DNA of 64,000 nt from Paragordius varius (taxonomy: Eukaryota; Animalia; Nematomorpha): positions 1,240,001-1,304,000 of the forward strand of contig OZ176058.1 of the NCBI GenBank assembly GCA_964247055.1. Reading direction: 5' to 3'. This document shows positions 1-12,030 of this stretch, in pieces (the stretch's first letter is position 1; each line of letters opens with the position of its first letter). The translations under genes and the position numbers were made by a program. The notes beneath the pieces were generated by a model. It was given only the letters and a program-made list of their open reading frames with translations, had not been told where the DNA came from and did no database searches.

Positions 1-74
1 TGTTTTACTGTCATATTATATTCATGTTAACAAAGAATTATATAAAAATAAATAAAATTTTAAAAGTAAATTAA

Positions 75-598
75 CTCTCGAATAAAATACATTCATTTCA
101 GTCCTTCGATTCAAATTTGGGTCGTTGAAACCCCATGGTTAGTTTAAGATTGAAAATATGGCAAAAATATGGAATAAATTAAAACCATGGCAAAAGTTTG
201 CACTTTAACATTTATAACCCGAAATATAATAAAATTTCAAAAACACATGATATTACTTATTCAGAGGTAAAACTTAAAGGTAAAAATTTAGCCAACATAG
301 TTAAATATAGAAATTATGTGTTTATATTAATGTTAAATGGGAATTAAATAAAAAGTGACCTAATTTTTGCCTTACAATCAAATAAACACGATATTTTGCA
401 CAAATGCTGTAAAATAAAAATGCCGTCGAAGCAGTTTGGTATGGAATTTTTTTTAAAACTAAATTTTATTTAGTTATTTTGGCTTTTAATTATAATTTTT
501 ATTAGGATAAGAGCATAAATTTAAATTAAAACGGTTTTATAGTAGTTTTTTTACTATCAACTTAGCGGTATTTAGATACCCCAATTTAAATCGAAGTG
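75..598. mobile_element. piggyBac-like non-autonomous element (family E), ~500-545 bp
   Basis: Ends ...AAGTG followed by TTAA (599-602). Homologous copies at 11231-11733 and 26653-27196 begin TTAA|CACTT. Partial copies near 10115-10190 and 38400-38455. A TTAA target is characteristic of piggyBac. Confidence 0.55.
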
Positions 599-743
599 TT
601 AACCGGTGACAGCGAGTAATGTTTTTTCCGAAAATGATTATTTCTATTTTGTCTTCATATAAGTTTAATTTTATTATAAGGCTCCAGAAATGTTATAAAT
701 AACTATATATACAGCTTTGGAAAATTATTACAAAAACGCTTAC

Positions 744-2291
744 CATAGACATACCCACCTAAAATAAAATAAATTATATTAAATTATATTTTTGCACTGG
801 AATAATGATTAGACTTTAGCTGTTTTAGATTAAATTAAATAAAATTAAAACATTAACGATTTTGTTCTCGTATTTATATAAAGTGATTTAGTTTCTTTGC
901 TAATCAGAAAGAGTTTTAAGGGTTATTTATAACATATGTAAAAAAGTTGACCATATTATTTTAGATTAAAATAATGTTTAAGATATACCAGGCTGTCCGG
1001 GCCGTCCAGGTTGCCCTCCTATTCTTCGCCCACCACCTAATAATATATATACTATAATCTATTCTACAAATTACAGTAAATATTGAAATTATACGGACAA
1101 AACGTAAAAATATAAAGACAAATGTTATTTTCTAAAAGACATTCATACTTTCAAAGCCTTAATTTTTCTCATATAAGCTATTAAGTTACAATTGTAAAAT
1201 ATAGAATGACTGTGTATTATTATATATATCTCTATTTCACACTTGGCCATTACAATGAGCTTTGTTGATATAATCTACATTTAAAAAGTATGGTTGTCTT
1301 TTAGAATAAAATATTTGTCTTTATTTTTTGTTATATTCGTATAATTTCAGATTGTGCTGTATTAAAAAAAGACTTTCACCTGCCAAATTTAAGTTTCTGA
1401 AATATAATTAATGTTTTGATTTTAACTAAAGATATTTATATGAAAAAAATGAGGTTTTTTACCTTCACCACAATATTAATTGTGCACAAATTTTGCGATT
1501 TTTCATACGAAGCAGCCATAAAAAAGAAAATATCTTTCTTAAATGACTCGTAAAGCTCAAGACTAAAAGCCCCAGGAGAATTATTATTTTATAATTTGTG
1601 CACTGTTTTTTGATATCCTTTTATCCATTATATAATTGAGCCTACAGTATCCAAGTTTAGACTGGCCAATTAACTTTATTGTTGTTCAAATGGTATAATA
1701 CAGTAGCGTATATATAAAACTAATTTTGTCCATAAAACTAAATAATCAATCAACCTTATTAACGCTGTAAGATAGGAAAAAATGATTAATTTCAACTATT
1801 TGCTGATGTTTTTACCCATACACTACTGTATTGCGCCAATTAACCAACAATAATATTAGGCCGTGTTTACTATTTATCATTTATTTTGTAAATTGTATTA
1901 ATTATTAGGTTTAGTGTTAGTAAAAATAATTTTAATTCATTTTGAATGAAAAAAAGTGTAAAATATTTGCAAAATATAAATTCTACCAGGCTGTCCAGGC
2001 CTACCTGGTTGCCCTCCTCTACCTAGAAAAAAATATATTTATCTAGCATATACCATTTACACTTCAAATTCACCCTTAAATTCAAATAACTCTTGAACGA
2101 TTCAAATTCACCCCCCGCTTATTTTATAATTTTTTCAGTATTATTTTAATTTTAAACAAAATTTCGCATTTTTTAAAACTATAAAAAATATAGGTAGGTA
2201 ATTTTTAATCTTAACAAACGTATAAATAAATTATTTTAGGGTGAATTCGAATTGTTTGAGGGTGAATTTGAAGTGTAAATGGTATTTAAAA

Positions 2292-2330
<39 letters not shown>

Positions 2331-5300
2331 ACTCTTACCATACGATGCGCCTAAAAATAGTATAAACAAATAGCATATAATTTTGTGTGGGTGACGACGA
2401 AGGGTTGTTAAATAACATTCGTATTAACGTCGTGTGAATAATAATGTAAGAAATAATTATTTATTAAAAACTCAAATTTTATCCCAATGGCATCATCAGG
2501 AGTTGTTAAAAAAAATAAACTTAAATAAATGTAAAACAGAATAAATTAAATGACATTTTTAACTAAAAAATAATTGTACTTTAAATCATACAAAATATAT
2601 GATAATTTTGTCTTACCTGGTTGCCCAGGCTGACCTGGTTGCCCGCCTCCGCCTCCCCCACCACCTAAAACAAATATAATTTAAGATAATATGAAATTTA
2701 TTCTTTTTTGTTTAACCAAATTAATTTATGTAAAAGAGGCCATATAAAAACATATTTAGATATATATATATATTCGAATTGTAATTTTTTATATGAGAGT
2801 TTAGTTACAGCAAAAATTTAAAATTATACGGACAACGTAAAAATATAAAGACAAATATTTTATTCCATACAACCATAGTTTTTAAAACTTGATTCCATTA
2901 GCACACATTGTTTTAAATGGCAAAGTGTGGAATAATATATTACTAACACAATCAATTCTTTATATTATAATTGTAACTAGATAATTTTATGAGAAAAATT
3001 AAGGTTTTTAAAAGTATGGTTGTCTTTTAAACAAAAATATTTTTGTAATTTTACGTTTTCGTATATCAGTTTTTACTGTATATGCATACATATATATTCG
3101 AATTGTAATTTTCTTTTATATAAATTTAATTGAGAGTTTAATTATCTAAGAAGAGCTTTTTGAGTTTTTATAATGATTGTTTGTTAAAATATTCCAAATT
3201 AACGTGTCTCTTACGACAAAAACTCACGGAATTAAAATATTTTATTTTTTCATAAAATTTAATCATTACACACATTATATAAATAAAAAATATTATATTT
3301 TTGGTGCTACATATTACAGTATAAATAAATATACATTGCTAGAAAGTTATTTATTATTGCGAAGTAGTATATACCACAAAGGGAAACATTATTGATTTAT
3401 AGCTATTTTTTCACTTTTTACTTTTATTAACCAATAATAATTCTCTATGTGGGAATAATTAATAACTTTATAGCAATGTATACTTAATCATATCTAATCT
3501 TAAAGCAAGTTAATAAACTTTATAAGTAGATTTTTTTATAATTTTTTTTCAAAAACAAAAAAATTAAAATTTAAAGTAAAAATTAGCTTATTAATGTTAA
3601 CTGACTCTCCCCATGTTTGAAAAGAAAATTATATTTACCCCCACCTCCGCCATAACCACCGCGTCCCCCATGGCCTCCGTCTAAATATTATACAGTAAAA
3701 ATTGAAATTATACGGACAAAATGTAAATAATAAAGACAAAATTTTTTTTCAAAAGATAATCCCATACTTTTTAAACCTTAATTTATCCCATAAAAATGAT
3801 TATATTACAATCGTAAAATACACAATTGATTGTGTTACCAATTTACATTTCTATATTATACTTTGTAGTATAAAGCAATCAGTTGTAATTAATATCAATC
3901 AAAATTAAAAAAGTATGGTTGTCTTTTTGAAAAAAATATTTGTCTTTATATTTTCACCTTTTGTCCGTCTATCCATTTTTACTGTATATATTTCATTAAA
4001 TTATTTTAGAATAACATTTTTTGTGTTCTACTTATATTAGCCTTCAGAAAAATTACAATCCATAATTTGACACACTCAAACACCATACTAGGGTATCCAT
4101 AATTTTTTACACTGGTAGTAAAAATAATATAATTTTGAAAGGAAATCATCAATTACGCTTTTTAATATTGTCAATCGGCTTGTAGACATTTTACTCAACT
4201 CACCAATAGTTTATATCATTCACAGTTCAAAATCACCCTTGAACAATTTAAATTCACCCTTGAAAAATTCAAATTCTCCGTATAATAAATTGTGTATTTT
4301 TTTAGATTAGAAAAAGTTATATTTTTATGCATTTTTAAAAAAATGAAGTTTTATTTAAAATTAAAATAATACTAAAAAAATATAAACTATGCCATAAAGA
4401 TAAATTTCATATTATTAATGTGTTATATTAGTTCTAAAATGTATAATATATTTTTAGGGTGAATATGAATTGTTAAAGTGTGAATTAGAATTGTTTCGAG
4501 GGTGAATTTTAATTGTTAAAGGGTGATTTGAACTGCAAATTGTAAAGTGCCAAAAAATTGATTGTTGACAGAAAATCGTTCGTCGATCTCATTCCCATTG
4601 ATACAAAGATTCAGTTAGAGGATGTGGAAAAAATTCTTTTAAAAGCGATTATTTTAAGGTTTATTCACAGTTTTGTGTGTGAGACGAAGCATTGTTATCT
4701 AACAAAATCATTCTGCCATGTTTTCTGGCTCATTACGTTTGTTTTGCAGTTATTAAACCGCAGAATTGGGACAATATTTAGACATGTCGTAAACCCTTCG
4801 ATGTTTACTCGTTTATGAAAGCTATGCTTTTCAAAAAAAATTATCTATAATAATTTTCCATTTATTTTTCGCAAAATTGCGGCTTGTGTATTTCATAAAA
4901 CAAATTATGCCAAAAATTTACCATTTTTAACTTGGCTAAATAAATATTGACATATTTTTTCAGATTGATACGCCCCTTACAGACGAGAAAACAGCGTAAA
5001 AAATACATTTTCTAATTATAAAGTAGTTCGATTTTGGCCCAATATTATATATATGAGTTAAATTAACTTATTTAGCAGTAAAAAAAAGATATTTTATACT
5101 TTATTTCGACATTGTATATACTGTACTCTTTAATTATATTTTTAGATAACAATCAGATTTAATATGGTTTCAATTCTGATGCCAAAAAATATTTAAATCA
5201 ATATAATCTTGGTGTTGGTTATAGTTTTGGCTTCGATTTCAAATTTTACGGGACCGAGTCCATTGTTTTTACAGTTAAATTTGAAATTATACGGACAAAA

Positions 5301-5726
5301 GGAAAATTATAAAGACAAATATTTTTTTAAAGACTACCATGCTTTTAAATATTGAATTATTTTAATTAATCTGATTGTTTTGAACTGCAAATTATATAAT
5401 GGATTATGTTACTAATAAACATCTATCTCATACTTTATAATTTAAAACAATAAGTTATATTTAGAAAAATTAAGTTTCAAAAAGTATGGTTGTATTTAAA
5501 TAAAAATATTTGTCTTTATATTTTCACGTTTTTCAGTTTAATTTGAATTTTTTACTGTATCTTAAGAAAAAATAAAAAATTTGTTGATAAAATCAATAAT
5601 ATAAAAAAATGTTTAATACATACAGCTATTCACTACTGGGAACATTAGAAGTGCAATCATCAAACTAATTAAGCAAGTCATTGTCACAAATCGTAAATTA
5701 ATAGTTCCACCATGTGATTGCTCCAT
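744..5726 (-). CDS. Secreted Gly-rich / GQP-repeat protein encoded by a micro-exon gene (3' end not found in window)
   Basis: Minus-strand exons, each with canonical AG/GT flanks: 5624-5726 (MEQSHGGTINLRFVTMTCLISLMIALLMFPVVNS, signal-peptide-like, donor GTATGT), 3639-3680 (42 nt), 2617-2664 (48 nt, donor GTAAGA), 2339-2350 (12 nt, GTAAGA), 1987-2022 (36 nt), 989-1036 (48 nt), 744-758 (15 nt, GTAAGC). All introns are phase 1 and the join is stop-free: ...VNS-YGGHGGRGGYGGGG-GGGGGGGGQPGQPGQP-GASY-GRGGQPGRPGQP-GGGRRIGGQPGRPGQP-GGYVY-G... Confidence 0.8.
2053..2282. mobile_element. TA-flanked MITE family B (TIR CCATTTACACTTCAAATTCACCCT)
   Basis: Perfect 24-bp inverted ends with TA flanks, and ~20-bp subterminal direct repeats (AATTCAAATTCACCCTTGAAC-like). 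Other copies at about 4216-4545, 18690-18950, 31751-32022, 35756-36035, 36280-36575, 39337-39645, 43390-43625 and 57814-58095. Confidence 0.8.
3693..3984. mobile_element. Tc1/mariner-type MITE family A (TIR CAGTAAAAATTGAAATTATACGGAC), the dominant repeat in the window
   Basis: TA|CAGTAAAA...TTTTACTG|TA with ~90-bp imperfect TIRs. Copies include 1074-1359, ~2806-3078, ~5270-5558, 7424-7702, ~21010-21265, 23631-23889, ~34855-35110, 35236-35523, ~42449-42715, 43066-43362, ~44000-44287, 44805-45094, ~48195-48430, 49925-50189, ~50396-50683, ~51680-52240, ~53275-53548 and 55610-55904, plus many degenerate copies. Confidence 0.85.
4560..4970 (-). pseudogene. mariner (DD34D) transposase relic
   Basis: Reverse strand reads HGRMILLDNNASSHT (compare mariner HGKVILLHDNAPSHT) and FVSMG, with stops and frameshifts. 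Confidence 0.5.
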
Positions 5727-5882
5727 ATTATTATTGTGTAGTGAATTGAATTTTCGATGATATAAAAATTAAAAATAAAATGATGTGAATAATAGATAGT
5801 GTTTTGGTATTTATATCTTTTTTTATATAAAAATAACGAGGTATGTATCCCCTGTATTTGTTTTTACCAATCAAGTAGTACA

Positions 5883-6845
5883 GTGTGTTCAGTTTTTAAG
5901 GGTTAATTTAGTTTTAGCGTACATTTTAATGAAATTAAAATGTTTGTTTTGGCTGCTTTTCATTTATCAATTTAAATTTCACTCGTTCAGTGTGTGTTTG
6001 TTTTACATCACACCGTTTAATTTTTATTTTAGGGTACAGTTAATAAAAATACTGGTTTCAGCCAGCCGTTAATAAATCTCTAAGGGTAAAACGTAAAAAA
6101 TGCTCTGCTTTTAATTTTGTCAACCTAAATATAGCAACCAAAAATATTATTCATTATATGGGTCTTTAAATGGTAAATTGAAAAAACGAGTGTGTTAAAT
6201 TTGTTTATCAAGGGTTAATTTCGATTTTAGGGTGCATTTTAATGAAATTATTATGTTTGATTTGACTGCTTCTCATTTATCAATTTAAATTTCACTTGTT
6301 CAGTGTGTGTTTGTTTTACATCACACCGTTTAATTTTTAGGGTACAGTTAATTAAAATACTGGTTCTAGCCAGCCGTTAATATATCTCTAAGGGTAAAAC
6401 GTAAAAAATGCTCTGCTTTTAATTTTGTCAACCTAAATATAGCAACCGTAAATACTATTAATTATATGGGCTTTTAAATGGTAATTAGAGAAAACGAGTG
6501 TGTTCAGTTTTGGTTTATCAAGGGTTATTCGATTTTAGGGTACATTTTAATGAAATTATCATGTTAGTTTTGACTGCTTCTCATTTATCAATTTAAATTT
6601 CATTCGTTTAGTGTGTGTTTGTTTTACATCACCGTTTAATTTTTATTTTAGGGGGTACAGTTAATTAAAATACTGGTTTTAACCAACCGTCAAATCTAGA
6701 ATTTGTTTGGTTATTTTCACCGTTAATATATCTTTAATAAGGATAAATGAAAAAAATGTTCTGCCTTTGATTTTGTCAACCTAAATATAGCAATAAAAAA
6801 TACTATTAATTATGTGGGTCTTTAAATGGTAAATAGGGAAAACGA
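5883..6845. repeat. Tandem repeat, three copies of ~308 bp
   Basis: Anchors such as AACGAGTGTG, TCAATTTAAATTTCA..CAGTGTGTGTTTG and TTTTGTCAACCTAAATATAGCAA recur about every 300-350 bp. Confidence 0.85.
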
Positions 6846-7949
6846 TGAAAAAGCAGGCATATCCAAAGAGTATATTCCGGTCCTGACTAGAATTTTATCT
6901 CGTTAATCTGATTATGTAGCCAGTTTATTTTATTTTATAAATGATAAGTTTTAATCAGGGGTATCTTAGTCAAACTTCACGCGGGCAGCTTTGTATTTTT
7001 GGTATTTTGAGACCCATTTTTAGATGTGATATATCTTTTAAATAATCGTAAATTTATAATTGAAATTCATTTATTTTCTTAATATTTTTTAAGCTTTGCA
7101 TACCGAACAAAGCGTATGGACATCCATGTTTTAAATGTTATAACATATGGTGATGATATTAATTAAAATTCCTATCATAAGGAAATAATTTTGATATAAT
7201 TGATTTAAAAATAATAAGTGTGAATAAATAACTTAAATAATATACTAAAATCACACACTAGTTTATAATAATTATATTATTACCTTTAATTACAAATCTT
7301 TAAAAAATTAGAGGGAGAAGATAATTTTAATATTAAAGCAGGTTAAAACGTTTCCGACCGGTGGCCATATATATTAAACTTAAAGTACCTATTGGGGTAG
7401 GATGTTAGTAATTTTTAGATATACAGTAAATATTGAAATTATACGGACAAAAGGTAAAAATATAAAGACAATTATTTTTTTCTAAAATAAAACCATACTT
7501 TTTAAATCTTGATTTTTTTGAATATAACACATTGTTTTAAATTCCAATGTTCATAAAGGTGGTAATACAATCAATTACATATTTTACGATCGTTATTATA
7601 AGTTTTTAATAGGATAAATTAGGGTATGAAAAAGGATGGTTGTTTTTTTAAAAAAAATTCGTCCTGATATTTTTACGTTTTGTCCGTATTCATTTTTTAC
7701 TATTTATTGGCTATTTGTTCGGTTAAATGCAGAAATCCTACTTGTAATTATATTTAGGTTTATTAAATTGTCCATCCACCATTTTTCCCATCGGCCATGT
7801 TTTCTGATCTCACTACTTTAACTGTCACCAAATTCGATTTTTTAGCTTTCGTCGATATGTATTTCGTTGACGTGTGTGTTGAATTTGATTTTATAAATAA
7901 TTACAATGTTTTTAATTTAATCTTTCCATTTATTTTACACGCAAACGTT

Positions 7950-8200
7950 TATGATTCCCAAATCTCTGCAGCTTAAAAGCAATGCACAAATTAGGGATCC
8001 GATTAACCCTAATGATGGATAATATTACCGACACGTCAGTAAAAAATGCAACCGAATATTTTGACCAGACTCCATTTTTCTGATTTGACCAAACATATTC
8101 GATGCGTGCTATAAATATTCTTGTATAGGATACTGAATGATAAAAATAGCACTTTGACTTTTGATCTATCAGAAAAAAAATGGTGCTGAAAGTCATTGTT
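7950..8200 (-). pseudogene. Possible Tc1-like transposase relic
   Basis: Reverse frame gives FFSDRSK (FSDESK-like) and VKIFGCIFY*RVGN (VMVWGC...GVG-like), with several stops. Confidence 0.35.
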
Positions 8201-8479
8201 TACTGTTAAACCCATATGATAAAATATTCTTACTCCATTTTAACTTTCAAATGTAATTTTTAAGTTTGTGGTAACAATATAAGAAAAATGCTTTGGTAGT
8301 CCACATAACTGGGAAAATATAAATAATAAGAGTTATTAGATGATAAAAGTTAAAATAAGGGTAATTGGCGAAGACATTGCATGTTTCAAAACAATCAGTA
8401 CATGTTTACAAGGAATGGGAAAAAAAAATCATTTTATACTTTTATATTTAAAATTGAAAAGTCATTTACTGAAATAAAT

Positions 8480-8990
8480 AATTTTTGCATTAAATAGTGA
8501 CGGGTGACATAAAATGCCTTTATTTTGTGAGATAAAAGCGGAAAAATGGTGTTTTCCACCACCTTGCCAACCGGTACATCCGCACCAAGGCCAACTCACC
8601 TGGAATATGTTTATGCTATATATCCGCTTGATACCAGAGGGGTATTGAACATTTTTGACCTTTGATCGTGGATTCATTAATACACAAGGTTATCGTCAAT
8701 TTAATTAAACCATGCATTAATCGGAAACAACCGAAATGGTCCAAAGATAAGGCAAAGTAATTTTGCTACACTTACAATCCTATGTCCCACCGCAAAACTC
8801 ATTCGATACACCTTAAAATCACTTCGATGTGAAATTTTATTGCAACCGCTAAACTCTCATGACCTACGCCATATAATTAGTGCATCTTCGCATCAAAGGG
8901 GCACACCCTTGCAGAACAGAACTTCGAAATTTTGAAGAAGTTATAAAATGGCTTTAGGAAAATGGGTCGTCGCAAATCATTTTCTTGCCA
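8480..8990 (+). pseudogene. mariner (DD34D) transposase relic
   Basis: Broken frames give IVTGD, GTSAPRP, KVILLH and FASKGHTLAEQNF..FEEVIKWL, matching the mariner catalytic-domain consensus (IVTGDEKW...LFASMGHALAEQHF..FEEVKKWL). Confidence 0.7.
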
Positions 8991-9694
8991 TAGCCTTTAT
9001 ATATACTACCTGATAGATTGGCGAAATATTAAAAAACGATCTAAAAATCGAATAAAATAAATAATGGTTTTGCTTTCAAAACATGATTTTAAACTTAGGC
9101 AAACACTTGTTATATACGATTACTAACTATTTCACACTACTTTTCCTTCTCCCTCCTCTATATTTCTTTAGAAATTATAGTTTGACATCGTTTTTCCGTT
9201 TTTGTAAATTATATTGATAATTAGATTTATTCACTGAATAATGGCTTCCTTTTATATCTCAATTTCAGTACAGAAATAACATTTGTGCAAATTAGCATTG
9301 CCTTTTGGATTTATGTAACAAGAAGCATAAATATAATGGATGCCTCTGACAATCGATTCTCATGTTCGTCCGTAGACCTAAAGTTAATACTGTTATCTGT
9401 CGGAAACATAATAAGTAAAAAATAATGTATTTTTTAAATTTAAGTAAAAGAGATGATTTGACGTTATATAAAAAATTCTGGTTAAATATGTGAACAAGAA
9501 TTTTTTCAGGAATATCCATAATATTTTTACCGAAATTCTTAGAACTCAGGAGAATTTTAAAAATAAAGTAAAATTTACATACAAAGACGTAACAATAATT
9601 GTATGAGGTTATGGACATAGCTATAACTCCAAAGGCATAACAATGAATGGTGTTGTGTAAACTAGCTCATAAAATTTCTCACTTTCTATACATA

Positions 9695-9878
9695 CAGTAT
9701 GAGTAAGTATACATTGCTAGGAGTTATTAATTATTGCCAAATCGGATATACAATTATTATTGGCTTGGATTTATTTTTTTCAATTTTTACTATTATTAGC
9801 CAATAATAATTCTCTTTGATGCATATGCCATTAGACAATAATTAATCGCTTTCTCGCAATATATACTTACTCATACTG
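9695..9878. mobile_element. TA-flanked MITE family C (TIR CAGTATGAGTAAGTATACATTGC)
   Basis: 23-bp TIR with one mismatch and TA flanks. Other copies at about 3315-3490, 12060-12203 (partial), 40914-41292, 42260-42430 and 57748-58198. Confidence 0.8.
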
Positions 9879-11844
9879 TAATTAAATTCACCAATAATAA
9901 AATATAATTTTGATTTATATATCCATACATATATGACCAACTTTCCTTTCTAATTTTTATTTAATACCGAAAATATTTATGAAAATTTACGAATAAAGTG
10001 TGTCTTCAAAGTTGGGCATTTACAATAATTTTGTGTTTATATTTAAGGTTTGTATTGGTAAAGTAATAATGATCCATAAAAATACGGTATTTAAATCTTA
10101 TTTTTGAAATGTTAATAAACTTTGGATACAACACATTCATTTGAATCCTTCGATTCCGAATGGGGTCGTTGATAACTCCAATCCTGTTGAAATTATTTTT
10201 AATCAATGGAATATGAAAAATGTTATTATAACTATAAAAAATATTCTATGGATGATCTAAAGTTAAAAAATTTGATGCAGAAAGATGATTGTTTTAAATT
10301 TAAAAGCAGATTTTATCGAGCAATAAAATTTATTAATTTAAAACAAATTTACTCTAATAAAGCTATCGAAAATATGTAGGCTGCTTTGATTTTCACGCTT
10401 CACTACTTTGTGGGGTAATCTAACATCCTAAACCAAAGGTCATATATCTCAAAAAAATATATTAATTATTGGTCGAAATTTAAAATATATTTTCTTTAAT
10501 CTTTTAGGAGAGTGCTTTAAATTTTTTTTAATACAGAATAATAAAAAATTCACACCTCAAAACTTTTAGCTATTTGTTTAATTTTTTGAAAACGCTAATA
10601 CCAAGGCAAATAAATGTATATGATTATAAATGGAAATAATTAACTGTTGAAAGCTCTCAAAATAGATTTTACTAAGTAACGCTGATATTTGTTAATTTAA
10701 ATTCAGCGTTCGATCATGTTTAGGAGTTATCCCAATTTCGATAGCAGTACGAAAATGTAAAAAAATATGAGTTTTTTTCAAATACATGAGAACAAGGTTT
10801 TTTATTCCAAACCTCTTACAAAGTAATTTATTCATAGCTTTAAGCCATGGGAAAAAAGCTAAAAATGTTATATCTTATAAAATGAAAAGGTACAAAGTGT
10901 TCAAGTAAATCATATTTTTCTAATTTAGATCAAGCTCTCTAGCCTCTCAATTTTAAAAAATGGAAAACCAAAAATCTTGTCTGTGAAACTCTTCTCCGGA
11001 AAACGTTTGGATCATTTGTAAAATCTATATATACATTGGGAATATTTTAAAATTTTACGGTATAAAAGTGATAATTAATTGCAAACTCTTTTCCAATTGA
11101 CAATTTGTCATGTATATACTAGCATTTCTCAAGTTTTTTTTCTGCAGTTATTTAACATTTCACTAATCTTCCTTAAATGTTATTGGTTAAGCATAATCAG
11201 TTCGAATAATTTTGTAGTATATTTTTTTAACACTTGATTACAATACATTTATTTCATTTCTTCGATTTAAATTGGGGTAGTTAGATACACAGGGCATGTT
11301 TAAAATAATATTCAAAAAATATGGAATAAATTGAAACCATGGCACAAGTTTTCTTAAAAAACCGTAATATTAAAAAATATTCATTCAAAAATACTTGATA
11401 TTATTTACACAGAGCTACCTAAAAGTAACAATTGTGTGTGCATAAGTTAAATATAATAATAATGCAAAATATACCACTTTTTCTGTTTATAGCAATGTTA
11501 AATGTGATTTTAATAAAAAATAAACTTGATTTTAGAATCGATTACATATGATATTTTGCAAAAATGTTTAAAATAAAAATGGCGTCAAAATGAATTTTTA
11601 AAACTAGATTTTATTTAGATATTTTGGGTTATTTATACAACTTATATTAGGATAGAAGCATAAATTTAATTAGAACTAAATATCAACTTAAATATTTTAT
11701 GGGGTAATTAATACCCCAACTTGAATCTAAGCGTTTTAATATTATCATAGACCACCCGCCTCTCGTAATAATAAAAATCCTTTGATGTCAACAATCACTT
11801 AAAACTATATATTGCCATTTAAAAAACTATAAAAAAATATTACT

Positions 11845-12030
11845 ATGGAATTAACAAAACTATTATTTATTGTCATTGAATGTTTCGGTTTATGTACTAC
11901 AAGGCTGCTCCTACAAAACCTAGTTCTAATGCTGAAAATACGGTAAAAAGTATCATCAAAGAAATACGAAAATCATTAATATATCCTTAGGAATAGGAAG
12001 GGAGTCCAACTCCCGCTAATTTTGGAGACG
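11845..12030 (+). pseudogene. Internally deleted paralog of the 15.8-kb membrane-protein gene
   Basis: MELTKLLFIVIECFGLC / APTKPSSNAE / TVKSIIKEIR / KSLIYP / SPTPANFGD plus G|GTATAA matches three separated blocks of 15806-16584. It has a frameshift and two TAG stops. Upstream 11741-11845 matches 15681-15805. Confidence 0.8.

Noticed and set aside
2476-2500. CTGATGA hammerhead-like core on the minus strand
   Set aside because: Stem II is imperfect, GAAA is replaced by TAAAA, and there is no stem III or repeat context.
3702-3908. Short ORFs over MITEs (also 7636, 23759, 35007, 35463, 50122, 54542, 54567)
   Set aside because: They coincide with family A MITE sequence and are non-coding.
4216-4545. 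Regularly spaced ~20-bp repeats suggesting a CRISPR array
   Set aside because: The repeats are adjacent with no unique spacers, are mirrored at both ends of a MITE, and lie in eukaryotic DNA with no cas genes.
9292-9618. 108-aa minus-strand ORF and an alternative frame reading FRSTDEHE
   Set aside because: There is no convincing family match or compatible neighbouring exon.
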